Below, piece by piece: positions 1 through 9,361 of a DNA stretch of 64,000 nt. The number at the start of each line of letters is the position of its first letter. Positions within the stretch are counted from its first letter, which is position 1. The notes beneath the pieces were generated by a model, which did not search any database, had not been told where the DNA came from, and saw only the letters and a list, made by a program, of their open reading frames with translations. Both the position numbers and the translations under genes were made by a program. Source of the stretch: Candidatus Omnitrophota bacterium (GTDB lineage: Bacteria > Omnitrophota > Gorgyraeia > 2-01-FULL-45-10); contig JAGVGJ010000010.1 in assembly GCA_020057115.1 (NCBI GenBank), positions 615-64,614 of the forward strand, given 5' to 3'.

Positions 1-2057
1 TTTACGATCTCATTTCTCAAATAAGGATGATAGAGGCATCCATGCGTCCAAAAGCCCGGCCCAGAAATGAAGACGGGACATTTAAGAACCATCCTGGTAA
101 GAGTCCGGGAGACGCATTAAAAGTCATCGCATTGTCGCGATTGTCCATCAATCAGCATTTTACATTGGAAGCATACCTGATGTTTTACGAAAAAGTACGC
201 CGAAATTATCCCGAACTCGGATTTGAGAAGCTCGCCAATAATCCCAAGACTACGGCCAAGCGGGACTTAAAAGCGCTTTTAAACCAGGGCTTCTTGGGAA
301 TGGTTTACCAGGGAGGAGTGTCCTACTATTTTCTTTCGGATAAAGGCTGGGACGAGATAGTAAAAAACCTTGGACAGAAGACTGGAAATAAAGACGAGAA
401 ACAGGCATTGATAGAAACTGTCCTTAACCGTAAGATCGCAGTATATAGCCTTCTTATAGATATATTGAGCCGCGTTCCTGGTCAGGAGAACCTGCATCTT
501 CAATATGTAAAGGAACTGCGAGATCTGTTGAAAGGCGAAAGGACTTCCGGGCAGAAAATAGCAATATGCGCGGGCCTCATAAAATCATGCAATATGAGTT
601 TCAAATATGAGGGCGTGATCATGCTGAGACAATTGCTCGCGAAAGCGCTTTATCGCGACGAACAGATAGCGATCAATAGCGCTCTTGCGGAAGCGTATAA
701 GCAGGAAACGGCCCAACTGCAACACTACGTATATGCCTTAAAAAATTTATCGGTCACGGATATAACGCTTGATCAAGAGATAGCAATATGTGCAGGGCTG
801 GTTAAGTCGCGCGACTACCCTACTAGGAGGGATTGCATAACCTCCCTGAAGAGTTTGCTTGGCGCTGGTCTTAGCGTTGACCAGAAGATAGCCGTGTATA
901 GCGCTTTCATAGAAGCGTACGGACAGGAGCATACCACTATACCCAGACAGAGTATATATGTAAGTAATCTTAAGGAGATGCTGAGCGGTAGCTTAAGTTT
1001 TGAACAGAAAGTCGCTGTCTATTCCGGCATGGCGAAGGCCATTGACGGCGATGTGCGCAAAGAAGCGCTGCTCATGCTGCTGAAAGAAGAGAAGGGGGAT
1101 AGCCAGTCCCGTGAAGCTGACGGCACGTTCGGCAGGAAGCTCGGTAGAAGCCCGGAAGACGCCATAACCATAATAGCCCGCTCCGGACTTTACATGAAAG
1201 AATCATTTACGATAGATGATTATCACGAAGCATATAATTCCGAAAAGGCGGCGCTGGGATTTTCTTCGCTTCCCGAAAATGCCGATTCACAGACCAGGCG
1301 CGATCTGGAAGCGCTTATAGAAAAAGGCCTGCTTTTTATAGAAAATCTGGGAGAGAGGGGCGTCCCTTATAGGTATAGCCCTACCCGGCAGGGGTTGGAT
1401 GTATTTTGGCACCTGGATATAGGCAGGATAATAGCACTTGTGACAGATACCGCAAAGTATATACCGACCCATCCGAACTATCGATACACGCTTCTTGTGA
1501 CATCCGAGTTCTTCGATAAAGGCGAGCTGAAGGCCCATCAGTCGAAGTTCGGGGACAGGTTCGAGCTTGACGGCGTGAGCGGTATTACAGACGGGCAATT
1601 TATCGACAATGCGCTCGCTAAGGCCAAAGATAAAGAGACCAGGACGGTCGTCCTTGTGCCGGACAATATCAATCCTGAGCAGCTCGAAAGATTGTCGAAG
1701 GCCGGGATCAGGTTCGTGCAGGTCAACGTAAGCGTGCTATTACAGTCGAAGATGGATGCGGCCAAAGACGGCGGAACCTACAGAGACGATTTTCAATTGA
1801 ATACCTATTGCATAATGCTCCTCGTACGCAGGGTAGATGACAGCATGGAGAAGGATTCTTCGATATACAGAACGCTGGAATTCTATATAAGGTCTCATTT
1901 TGATCTTACCGATAAAGTCGCCGTTACGGACTATATAAATGCTATAGTGAAAGGGGACGTGGCCCGGCTCATCAAAGGGTGCCTGGCATACAAGCCTTCG
2001 ACGTCATATATTATGCCAAGTTATAATAGTGTCTCAGCTGCGCTCATAAGCGCATAA
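1..2057 (+). CDS. 3' part of a large hypothetical protein (frame open at window edge): two winged-helix-like repeats, helical solenoid repeats, C-terminal alpha/beta domain ending in ...ALISA
   Basis: Frame of ORF 27..2057 has no stop back to position 3 (YDLISQIR-M). Internal repeat RNEDGTF..GKSPGDA..RDLKALL vs READGTF..GRSPEDA..RDLEALI. Confidence 0.8.
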   Translation, partial: YDLISQIRMIEASMRPKARPRNEDGTFKNHPGKSPGDALKVIALSRLSINQHFTLEAYLMFYEKVRRNYPELGFEKLANNPKTTAKRDLKALLNQGFLGMVYQGGVSYYFLSDKGWDEIVKNLGQKTGNKDEKQALIETVLNRKIAVYSLLIDILSRVPGQENLHLQYVKELRDLLKGERTSGQKIAICAGLIKSCNMSFKYEGVIMLRQLLAKALYRDEQIAINSALAEAYKQETAQLQHYVYALKNLSVTDITLDQEIAICAGLVKSRDYPTRRDCITSLKSLLGAGLSVDQKIAVYSAFIEAYGQEHTTIPRQSIYVSNLKEMLSGSLSFEQKVAVYSGMAKAIDGDVRKEALLMLLKEEKGDSQSREADGTFGRKLGRSPEDAITIIARSGLYMKESFTIDDYHEAYNSEKAALGFSSLPENADSQTRRDLEALIEKGLLFIENLGERGVPYRYSPTRQGLDVFWHLDIGRIIALVTDTAKYIPTHPNYRYTLLVTSEFFDKGELKAHQSKFGDRFELDGVSGITDGQFIDNALAKAKDKETRTVVLVPDNINPEQLERLSKAGIRFVQVNVSVLLQSKMDAAKDGGTYRDDFQLNTYCIMLLVRRVDDSMEKDSSIYRTLEFYIRSHFDLTDKVAVTDYINAIVKGDVARLIKGCLAYKPSTSYIMPSYNSVSAALISA

Positions 2058-2092
2058 TATTATTCATAATTTAAGCTAATATTGATATAAAC

Positions 2093-2131
2093 GGACGCCC
2101 TTGTGCCATGCGAGGGCGTCCTCTTGTTTTT
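2093..2131 (+). terminator. Rho-independent terminator
   Basis: GGACGCCCT...AGGGCGTCC hairpin followed by a T-rich tract, just after the stop at 2057. Confidence 0.7.
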
Positions 2132-2364
2132 ATCATGGATATGTGATACGATAACGTGAAAATAAGAATAAGCACACAGGATCGCATAATGCTCTCGTAT
2201 AGACAGAAGATATTGATAGATAGAACGCTTGGCGCGCTTGCCAGCGTTTTTATAAGCTGTTTCACAAGACTTATCAGTCTCATTTCGCTTACGGAAAATT
2301 TCTCCGCACGAAACCGCATTATATCACCGGTCATAGTTCCGCACCGAAAGACGCAGGTTCATAG

Positions 2365-3732
2365 ATGCTGATAGATACGCATTGCCATCTGGATTTCAAG
2401 GATTTTGACAACGACCGGGACGAGGTGATCGCACGCGCCAGGGATGCCGGCATTCTCAAAATAATAAATGTCGCAAGCTCCATAGAGGGGACGCGTCGCG
2501 CATCAGAGCTTGCAAAAAAATATGAGGCGGTCTATGCGACGGTCGGGATACACCCTCATGCGGCCGAGACTGTTACGGACGAAGCGATCGATGAGCTTAA
2601 GAAAATAGCTAAAGAAGACAAAGTCGTGGCTGTCGGCGAGGTCGGGCTTGACTATTACCGCAACCTCGCGCCTAAAGATAGGCAGGCGGATGCTTTTAGA
2701 AGGTTTATAAGGCTTGCCGTGGAAACCGGCAAGCCTTTGATCATCCATTCAAGAGAAGCGGATAATGACATTTTGGGCATATTGCGCGAGGAGTGCGGCA
2801 ATACGGTAAAAGGCGTAGTCCACTGCTTCGCCGGGGATGAGAAGTTCCTTGAGGATTGTCTCGGCATGGGGTTATATATATCGTTTACGGCAAATCTTAC
2901 TTTTAAGAAGGCGGATAATTTAAGGACGGTCGCGAAACGCGTTCCGATCGAGCGCCTGATGCTCGAGACGGATGCGCCGTTCCTGGCGCCGCAGGATGTT
3001 CGCGGGAAGAGGAATGAACCCGCTTACCTGACGTACCTGGTGAAGGAGTGGGAAAACATATCGGGGCTTTCCGCCGAGGATATCGCAAGGATAACGACCC
3101 ATAATGCCAACAGATTATTCGGCCTGAACATCCGCGAAGATACGAGGATCGTTTATCCGATAAGAGGATCCCTGTATCTCAACATAACCAACCGCTGCAC
3201 GAACAATTGCTATTTCTGCGTCCGCAATTCCACTGAGTTCGTAAAAGGGCACAACCTGAAGCTCGACAAGGAGCCTTCCGAGCCGGACGTCCTGGCAGCG
3301 ATGGGCGATCCTAAGAAGTATAAAGAGATAGTCTTCTGCGGGTATGGCGAGCCGACCATAAGGCTGGATGAGGTAAAGTCTATTTCACGGAAGATGAAGG
3401 CGCTGGGGCTTAAGGTGAGGCTTGTGACCAATGGCCACGGCGATCTCATAAATAAGCGTCCGATAGCCGCTGAATTGTCCGGGCTTATAGACAGGATATC
3501 GGTCAGCATGAATGCCGAAGACGCGGATAAGTACGAAAAGATATGCGAGCCGGCCTTCGGAGCTCTTTCGTACAAGGCGGTCCTGGATTTCATAAAGGAT
3601 TGCGTCAATAACAAGATCGATGTCGAGGTCACTTGTCTCGACCTTCCGGAGATCGATATGGCGAAGTGCGAATCCCTCGCGAGGTCTCTTGGGGCCAGGT
3701 TCCGCCCGAGGTCATACGGGGTGGTCGGATGA
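2365..3732 (+). CDS. tatD: TatD-family nuclease fused to TatD-associated radical SAM domain
   Basis: N-terminal IDTHCH, GEVGLDY, ETDAPFLAP; C-terminal CTNNCYFC (CxxxCxxC) and FCGYGEP. Confidence 0.92.
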   Translation: MLIDTHCHLDFKDFDNDRDEVIARARDAGILKIINVASSIEGTRRASELAKKYEAVYATVGIHPHAAETVTDEAIDELKKIAKEDKVVAVGEVGLDYYRNLAPKDRQADAFRRFIRLAVETGKPLIIHSREADNDILGILREECGNTVKGVVHCFAGDEKFLEDCLGMGLYISFTANLTFKKADNLRTVAKRVPIERLMLETDAPFLAPQDVRGKRNEPAYLTYLVKEWENISGLSAEDIARITTHNANRLFGLNIREDTRIVYPIRGSLYLNITNRCTNNCYFCVRNSTEFVKGHNLKLDKEPSEPDVLAAMGDPKKYKEIVFCGYGEPTIRLDEVKSISRKMKALGLKVRLVTNGHGDLINKRPIAAELSGLIDRISVSMNAEDADKYEKICEPAFGALSYKAVLDFIKDCVNNKIDVEVTCLDLPEIDMAKCESLARSLGARFRPRSYGVVG

Positions 3733-4811
3733 AGAAGATGCTCGAGTTCATGCGTAAAGAGAGGCTTTATCTGTTGCTTCTCTTATTCATCATTCTGGTC
3801 AATACCATAGTCATGACGGAAGGGGACGGAGAAAAGCAAAGGCCTGCTAAAACCAAAACGGAGCTCAAAACCTCCGCGGTGCCTGAGACTAAAGGCGTTG
3901 AAGAGAAGCGCCAGAACACCCTCTTCATGAAGCGCGAGCAACTCGAGGAGGCCCTTACCAAGAATAAGACGCTCGCGGCGCTATTTGGCCTCGTGTCCTT
4001 ATTTATAACGGTCATCCTTCTTCTGGGCATAGTGATAGATATCCTTCTTACATCATTACGGATGAGCAAGAAGAGCGCCGAGATCCACACCTACAGGCCT
4101 CCACCGGCCAGATGGAACATCTGGGATGTCGCGAGGGTGGTGATACTCTTCCTCTTCTTCGGCTACATGCTTGTGATAATAGAATCACTGCTTTTGCGGG
4201 TTATTCCAATACTTAAAGACGATAACTTCAGGATGATGGTAAATACCTCGATACTGGACACGCTTGCCGTAGTATTCATAATATACTTTACCGTGAACCA
4301 GTATAAAGAGGATCTCGTATCCCTCGGCCTGTCCGCAAAGAATTTCGTCAAGAACGTCTTCTACGGGCTGGTGGGGTATATAGCTGCCGCGCCTATACTC
4401 GTCTTGATACTCGCACTTGTGGCGCTAGTGGTCCAGATCACGAAATACGTCCCGGAAACGCAGCCGGTCGTGGAACTATTCCTTAAAGAGGAGAATGCGC
4501 CGTTCCTGGTATATACGAGCATATTTACCGCCGTGTTAGGCCCGGTCATAGAAGAGCTTTTCTTCAGGGCCTTCATGTATAATGCGTTCAAGAAGACGAT
4601 AGGGATATTCTGGGCGATGCTCATAACATCCGCGGTATTCGCGAGCCTCCATACGAATATCGTGGGGTTCTTCCCGATAATGGCCCTTGGCGTGCTCCTC
4701 GCGTATATGTATGAGAAGACGGGTACGCTGGTATCGTCGATAACTGTCCACATGCTGCATAATTTAAACATGGTCTTCCTGGTGTTCTTGATGAAACAGA
4801 TAAAGGCATGA
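3729..4811 (+). CDS. CPBP/CAAX-family intramembrane metalloprotease
   Basis: EELFFR, FASLH and HMLHN motifs; many TM helices; ATGA overlap with tatD gives start 3729. Confidence 0.88.
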   Translation: MKKMLEFMRKERLYLLLLLFIILVNTIVMTEGDGEKQRPAKTKTELKTSAVPETKGVEEKRQNTLFMKREQLEEALTKNKTLAALFGLVSLFITVILLLGIVIDILLTSLRMSKKSAEIHTYRPPPARWNIWDVARVVILFLFFGYMLVIIESLLLRVIPILKDDNFRMMVNTSILDTLAVVFIIYFTVNQYKEDLVSLGLSAKNFVKNVFYGLVGYIAAAPILVLILALVALVVQITKYVPETQPVVELFLKEENAPFLVYTSIFTAVLGPVIEELFFRAFMYNAFKKTIGIFWAMLITSAVFASLHTNIVGFFPIMALGVLLAYMYEKTGTLVSSITVHMLHNLNMVFLVFLMKQIKA

Positions 4812-5920
4812 CGTTAATGGCGAAAGTATCGATCGTGAGGTGTCAGGATTACGATAGCTCGAAGGTCTTCGAGGCCGTAAAGAGGTCGGTCGACCTTGTG
4901 GGCGGGATGGGAGAATACGTAAAGCCGGGGATGAAGGTCCTCATAAAGCCGAACCTCCTCTCTGACAGGAAGCCGGAGGACGGCGTAGATACGCATCCCG
5001 AGGTGGTGAGGGCTATAGTAAAGCTTGTAAAGGCATCGGGCGGGACCGTGATGATAGGCGATTCGCCGGGAGGATACGGGAAGAACATAGACGAGATATT
5101 CGAGTCGTCCGGCATGAAACTCGTGGCTGAAGAAGAGGGCGCAGAGCTCGTCAAATTTACGAACTCAAGGTTTGTCGACAACATACCTGTCGCCCGGCAG
5201 ATATTCGAGGTCGACAGGATCATCTCCGTGCCGAAACTTAAGACGCACTGCGTAACCGTCATAACTGCCGGGATAAAGAATGTCTTCGGCGCCGTTACGG
5301 GATTATACAAGGCGTCCTGCCATTCAAAGGCCCCGAAAGAAGAGGATCTGGCTAAGATCCTCGCCAAGGTATATTCAATAGTAAGGCCGCACCTTACGAT
5401 CCTTGACGGGATAGTCGCGATGGAAGGCGATGGCCCGTCATCCGGGACATTAAGGAAGATGGACCTTGTCATGGCAAGTGCCGACGCGGTGGCGATGGAC
5501 TCGTGCGTCGCCAGGGTGGTGGGCCTTGAACCGGGCGACATAAGGCTCATAACCGAGGCCCATTCTAACGGCCTCGGAGAGATGGACCTTAAAAAAATAG
5601 AGATAGTCGGGGATGACATAGGCTCGTTCGTCGCCAAGGATTTTAAGCTGCCGCAGACGGCGCCGCTGAAGATCCTGCCGCGCGCTTTATTGAACAGCCT
5701 TGCGGCGCTGGTCAAGTTCAACCCGGTTATAAACGCCGCCTTATGCGCCAGGTGTAACCTATGCAAAGTGACATGTCCGGTCAGCTGTATCACCATAGAG
5801 GAGAGGTCGTGCTCTATTGATTACGCGAAGTGCGTCAGATGCATGTGCTGTCACGAAGTCTGCCCGTACAGGGCGATAGATATAAAACGGAACTTTTTAG
5901 CGAAGGTCATATGGGGGTAA
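4808..5920 (+). CDS. DUF362 domain protein with C-terminal 2x[4Fe-4S] ferredoxin
   Basis: VLIKPNL, THPEV, PKLKTH, MEGDGP; CARCNLCKVTCP and CVRCMCCHEVCP. Confidence 0.88.
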   Translation: MTLMAKVSIVRCQDYDSSKVFEAVKRSVDLVGGMGEYVKPGMKVLIKPNLLSDRKPEDGVDTHPEVVRAIVKLVKASGGTVMIGDSPGGYGKNIDEIFESSGMKLVAEEEGAELVKFTNSRFVDNIPVARQIFEVDRIISVPKLKTHCVTVITAGIKNVFGAVTGLYKASCHSKAPKEEDLAKILAKVYSIVRPHLTILDGIVAMEGDGPSSGTLRKMDLVMASADAVAMDSCVARVVGLEPGDIRLITEAHSNGLGEMDLKKIEIVGDDIGSFVAKDFKLPQTAPLKILPRALLNSLAALVKFNPVINAALCARCNLCKVTCPVSCITIEERSCSIDYAKCVRCMCCHEVCPYRAIDIKRNFLAKVIWG

Positions 5921-5924
5921 CTGA

Positions 5925-6344
5925 ATGAGAAAGAGGACTAAGGCAAGGGAATGCGCGTTGCAGATACTGTATTCGATCGACTTGACGAAGGACAGCCCGG
6001 AGGAGCGGATGGAGGTCTTCTGGAAGCATATTGAGGAGGACGACGTCGAGATAAGAAAGTTCGCGAACTCGCTCGTCCGCTGCGTGATCGAGAATAGGAA
6101 GGCGATCGATGCCATTATATCGAAGCATGCCACTAACTGGCGCATCGGCAGGATGGCTGTCATAGACAGGAACATACTGCGTTTTGCGACATGCGAGCTC
6201 ATGTTCATGGACGACATACCGCCGAAGGTCTCGATAAACGAGGCCATAGACATAGCCAAGAGATACGGCGACAAAGATTCGGGGAAGTTCGTGAACGGCA
6301 TACTTGACAATATCCACAAGACCGAAGAGAAGAAGGCAAAATAG
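5925..6344 (+). CDS. nusB: Transcription antitermination factor NusB
   Basis: RTKARECALQILY, DRNILR, VSINEAIDIAKRY, FVNGILD. Confidence 0.96.
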   Translation: MRKRTKARECALQILYSIDLTKDSPEERMEVFWKHIEEDDVEIRKFANSLVRCVIENRKAIDAIISKHATNWRIGRMAVIDRNILRFATCELMFMDDIPPKVSINEAIDIAKRYGDKDSGKFVNGILDNIHKTEEKKAK

Positions 6345-7181
6345 ATGAAATGCGCCGACCTGCACGTCCATACTTTCTATTCCGACTCCACTTTTTCCCC
6401 GGAAGAGGTGATGGCATGCGCGGCTGACAAGAAGCTATCGGCCATAGCCATCTGCGACCATGACTCCATAGGCGGAATAGGCCCGTGCGAGAGCCTGAGC
6501 GGGGAAACGGGCGTCGAGGTGATACCCGGCATAGAGATGACCGCGGAGAAAGTTGACGCGGAGATACACCTTTTGGGTTATTGCATAGACTGGAAGGCCG
6601 CGTGGTTCGTAAAGAGGCTTAAAGAGATCCAGAAGGCGAGGATAGCGCGCATCCATGTCATGGTCGAGAAGCTTAACGAGGCCGGTATAAACGTCAAGGC
6701 GGAAGAGATATTCAACCTCGCCGGCAGAGGGACCGTAGGGCGGCTCCATGTAGCCCAGGCGATGATGAAGACAGGAAAGCTTCGCAGCTATAAGGAGATA
6801 TTCGAGAAGTATATAGGTTTTCAGAAATCATGTTACGTGCCTTACGTCAAGTTCTCGCCGAAGGAGGCTATAGAGGCGATACTCAAGGTAGGAGGCGTTC
6901 CCGTCATAGCCCACCCGGCGCTCATGGGAAATGACGACTATATCCCTGAGCTCGTCGATTACGGCTTGAGGGGCATAGAGGTCTACCACACCGACCACAA
7001 GCAGGCCGCGAGGATGCGCTATGAGGAGATGGCCAGGCGCTATGGTCTTCTCATGACCGGCGGATCTGACTGCCACGGCCTGGGCAAGGGCAGGGTGTTG
7101 ATGGGTTCCGTGCGCGTGCCGTATATGCTTGTAGAGAAACTCAAAGAAGAGGCCGACTCCATAAAGCGGAGCAATAGATGA
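6345..7181 (+). CDS. PHP domain phosphoesterase (TrpH/YciV-like)
   Basis: DLHVHT, CDHD, IHLLGY, AHP, GGSDCHG. Confidence 0.9.
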   Translation: MKCADLHVHTFYSDSTFSPEEVMACAADKKLSAIAICDHDSIGGIGPCESLSGETGVEVIPGIEMTAEKVDAEIHLLGYCIDWKAAWFVKRLKEIQKARIARIHVMVEKLNEAGINVKAEEIFNLAGRGTVGRLHVAQAMMKTGKLRSYKEIFEKYIGFQKSCYVPYVKFSPKEAIEAILKVGGVPVIAHPALMGNDDYIPELVDYGLRGIEVYHTDHKQAARMRYEEMARRYGLLMTGGSDCHGLGKGRVLMGSVRVPYMLVEKLKEEADSIKRSNR

Positions 7182-8263
7182 AACCAGACGAAAGATATAT
7201 GAGGATGGCGTTAAGCCTCGCTAAAAGGGCTGAAGGCATGACGAGTCCCAACCCTCTTGTCGGCGCCGTGATAGTAAGGGGCGGCAAGGTCGTAGGCAGC
7301 GGATACCATAAAAGGGCAGGGCTTCCGCACGCGGAGATAAACGCGATAGAGGATGCCGGCAGGAAGGCCAACGGCGCCGTTCTATACGTGACGCTTGAGC
7401 CGTGCGATCATTTCGGCAGGACGCCGCCGTGCACCGACGCCATAATAAATTCCGGGATAAAAACGGTGGTGATCGCAACGCCTGATCCGAACCCGCTCAC
7501 CGGAGGCAGGGGAATAAAGATGTTGAAACGCCACGGCATCAAAACGGTCGTAGGCATCCTTAAAGACGAGGCGAGATCCATGAATAAAGCGTTCGAAAAG
7601 CGCGTCACAAAAAATATGCCTTATGTGACAGTGAAGTCCGCGGAATCTATCGACGGAAAGATAGCTACAAGGACCGGAGATTCGAAGTGGATCACATCCG
7701 AAGATTCAAGGAGATATGTCCATAGATTACGCGCCTTGTCGGACGCCGTAATGGTAGGGGTGAATACAATTATAAAAGACGATCCACTGCTCACCAGCAG
7801 GATACAAGGCTCAAGGCAGCCTGTAAGGATAATAGTAGATTCGCACTTAAGGACTCCTTTAAATGCCAAAATATTCTCAAATATCAAACGCGCGCCTCTT
7901 ATCATTGTCACGATAGGCAAAAGTTCGAAAATCGGAAGGTATGTAGAGTTGGGCGCCGAGGTCATCATCGTGAAAGCCAAGGGCGGCATGGTGGACTTAA
8001 GGGCCCTTTTAAAAGAGCTTGCGAAGAGGGAGATAACGAGCATACTCGTAGAGGGCGGTGGGAATTTGAACGCTAAGCTCCTGGAAGAAAGCCTTGCCGA
8101 CAAAGTCCTGTTCTTCATATCGCCGAAGATAATAGGCGGGAGGGACGCCATTACGTCAGTAGAGGGGCGCGGAGCGAAGAATGTCAAAGACGCGGTAAAA
8201 TTGAAGAATATAAAACTGAAGAAGTTCAGGGACGACATCCTTATCGAAGCGGAGGTGGCATGA
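7178..8263 (+). CDS. ribD: Riboflavin biosynthesis deaminase/reductase RibD
   Basis: PNPLVGA, HAE, TLEPCDHFGRTPPC, SKWIT, LVEGG. Confidence 0.97.
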   Translation: MKPDERYMRMALSLAKRAEGMTSPNPLVGAVIVRGGKVVGSGYHKRAGLPHAEINAIEDAGRKANGAVLYVTLEPCDHFGRTPPCTDAIINSGIKTVVIATPDPNPLTGGRGIKMLKRHGIKTVVGILKDEARSMNKAFEKRVTKNMPYVTVKSAESIDGKIATRTGDSKWITSEDSRRYVHRLRALSDAVMVGVNTIIKDDPLLTSRIQGSRQPVRIIVDSHLRTPLNAKIFSNIKRAPLIIVTIGKSSKIGRYVELGAEVIIVKAKGGMVDLRALLKELAKREITSILVEGGGNLNAKLLEESLADKVLFFISPKIIGGRDAITSVEGRGAKNVKDAVKLKNIKLKKFRDDILIEAEVA

Positions 8264-8898
8264 TGTTTACCGGCCTTGTAAAAGAGCTTGGGAAAGTCTT
8301 AAATATCACCAGGTCCGGAGACATCCATAAACTTTCAATAGAAGCAAAGGCCGTTTCCAGGGACGCGAAGGCAGGAGACAGCATAGCTATTAACGGAGTA
8401 TGCCTGACAGTTACGGGGAAAAAGGGCGACACCCTGTCATTCGACGCCATGGAAGAGACTTTGCGCAGGACGGCTCTTGGGTCTTTGAAAGCGGGCGCTT
8501 TAGTCAACCTCGAAGGCGCGCTTAAAGCCGGCGATCCTGTCGGCGGCCATTTCGTCCTGGGGCACGTCGACTGCGTCGGGAAGATAACGGATGTTAAAAA
8601 GAGCGCTCAGAATGTCATGATAGAGGTGGCTATGCCTGAAAAGTTCGCCGGCCTTATCGTGGAAAAAGGGTCTATAGCCCTTGACGGCATAAGTCTTACC
8701 ATAGGTGAGGTGGCTCCGGGCATATTTAAGGTCTATATCATACCGCACACCATGAGCGAGACCACGTTGAAGGACAAGAAAGTCCGAAGCGATATCAATA
8801 TCGAGTTCGATATACTCGGCAAGTACATCCTGCGCCAGAAAGGTCTGGACAAGAAGACCATCACCGAAGAGTTCCTAAAAGAGCAGGGCTTCGTCTAA
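8260..8898 (+). CDS. ribE: Riboflavin synthase (alpha chain)
   Basis: MFTGL N-terminus, GDSIAINGVCLT, GGHFVLGHVD, KGSIALDGISLT, IPHT. Confidence 0.96.
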   Translation: MMFTGLVKELGKVLNITRSGDIHKLSIEAKAVSRDAKAGDSIAINGVCLTVTGKKGDTLSFDAMEETLRRTALGSLKAGALVNLEGALKAGDPVGGHFVLGHVDCVGKITDVKKSAQNVMIEVAMPEKFAGLIVEKGSIALDGISLTIGEVAPGIFKVYIIPHTMSETTLKDKKVRSDINIEFDILGKYILRQKGLDKKTITEEFLKEQGFV

Positions 8899-8940
8899 GA
8901 GCGCTGCACTCACTAAAGACGGGCCTCTACAGGTTACTCG

Positions 8941-9072
8941 CGCCCACAAGGAAGCAGGCTATCTTACGCGAACGCAAATTTTCCATAGAAAAATTTGCTC
9001 GGAATGTTACTATTTTCGTTGAAAAATAGCAACATTCAACGTCGCTTCAGATACCCTGCTTCCTTGTGGGCG
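8941..9072 (-). ncRNA. Candidate structured non-coding element, copy 1 (long closing stem plus two hairpins)
   Basis: 18-bp perfect outer stem CGCCCACAAGGAAGCAGG/CCTGCTTCCTTGTGGGCG enclosing two hairpins; A-C mismatches on + become G-U on -; core shared with 9140-9272. Whether it acts as RNA or DNA is not established. Confidence 0.6.
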
Positions 9073-9139
9073 TACGCACTAAACAAGAAAGCTCCGGCTA
9101 TCGCTCATTCTGCCTTTCGCAAGACGACCATCTGCTTCG

Positions 9140-9272
9140 GCGCTTAAGAGGATAGGGATGTCTGGAGCGACGTCGAAGAGCGCTAAATTACAACGAATTT
9201 AGCGCTCTTCCGAGCAAACTTTCCCTATGGGAAATTTGCGTTCGCGTAAGACATCCCTATCCTCTTAAGCGC
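9140..9272 (+). ncRNA. Candidate structured non-coding element, copy 2 (inverted relative to copy 1)
   Basis: 24-bp perfect outer stem GCGCTTAAGAGGATAGGGATGTCT/AGACATCCCTATCCTCTTAAGCGC; 15-bp and 11-bp inner hairpins; same junction motifs as copy 1. Confidence 0.6.
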
Positions 9273-9361
9273 TTCACCAGATAAAGGCGGAGAACATCGG
9301 AAATGATTTGAAAAGACGGCGTTGATATGCTATATTCGTACAAATAAAAAAGGGAGGTCAA

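Noticed and set aside
2365-3732. TatD-radical SAM fusion as a novelty
   Set aside because: A known architecture (TatD-associated radical SAM family)
8899-9361. FMN riboswitch, hammerhead ribozyme or integron attC as the explanation for the structured spacer
   Set aside because: It lies downstream of the rib genes and lacks FMN consensus segments; no CUGAnGA/GAAA hammerhead core; the fold is branched without clear RYYYAAC/GTTRRRY ends, and no integron integrase is present
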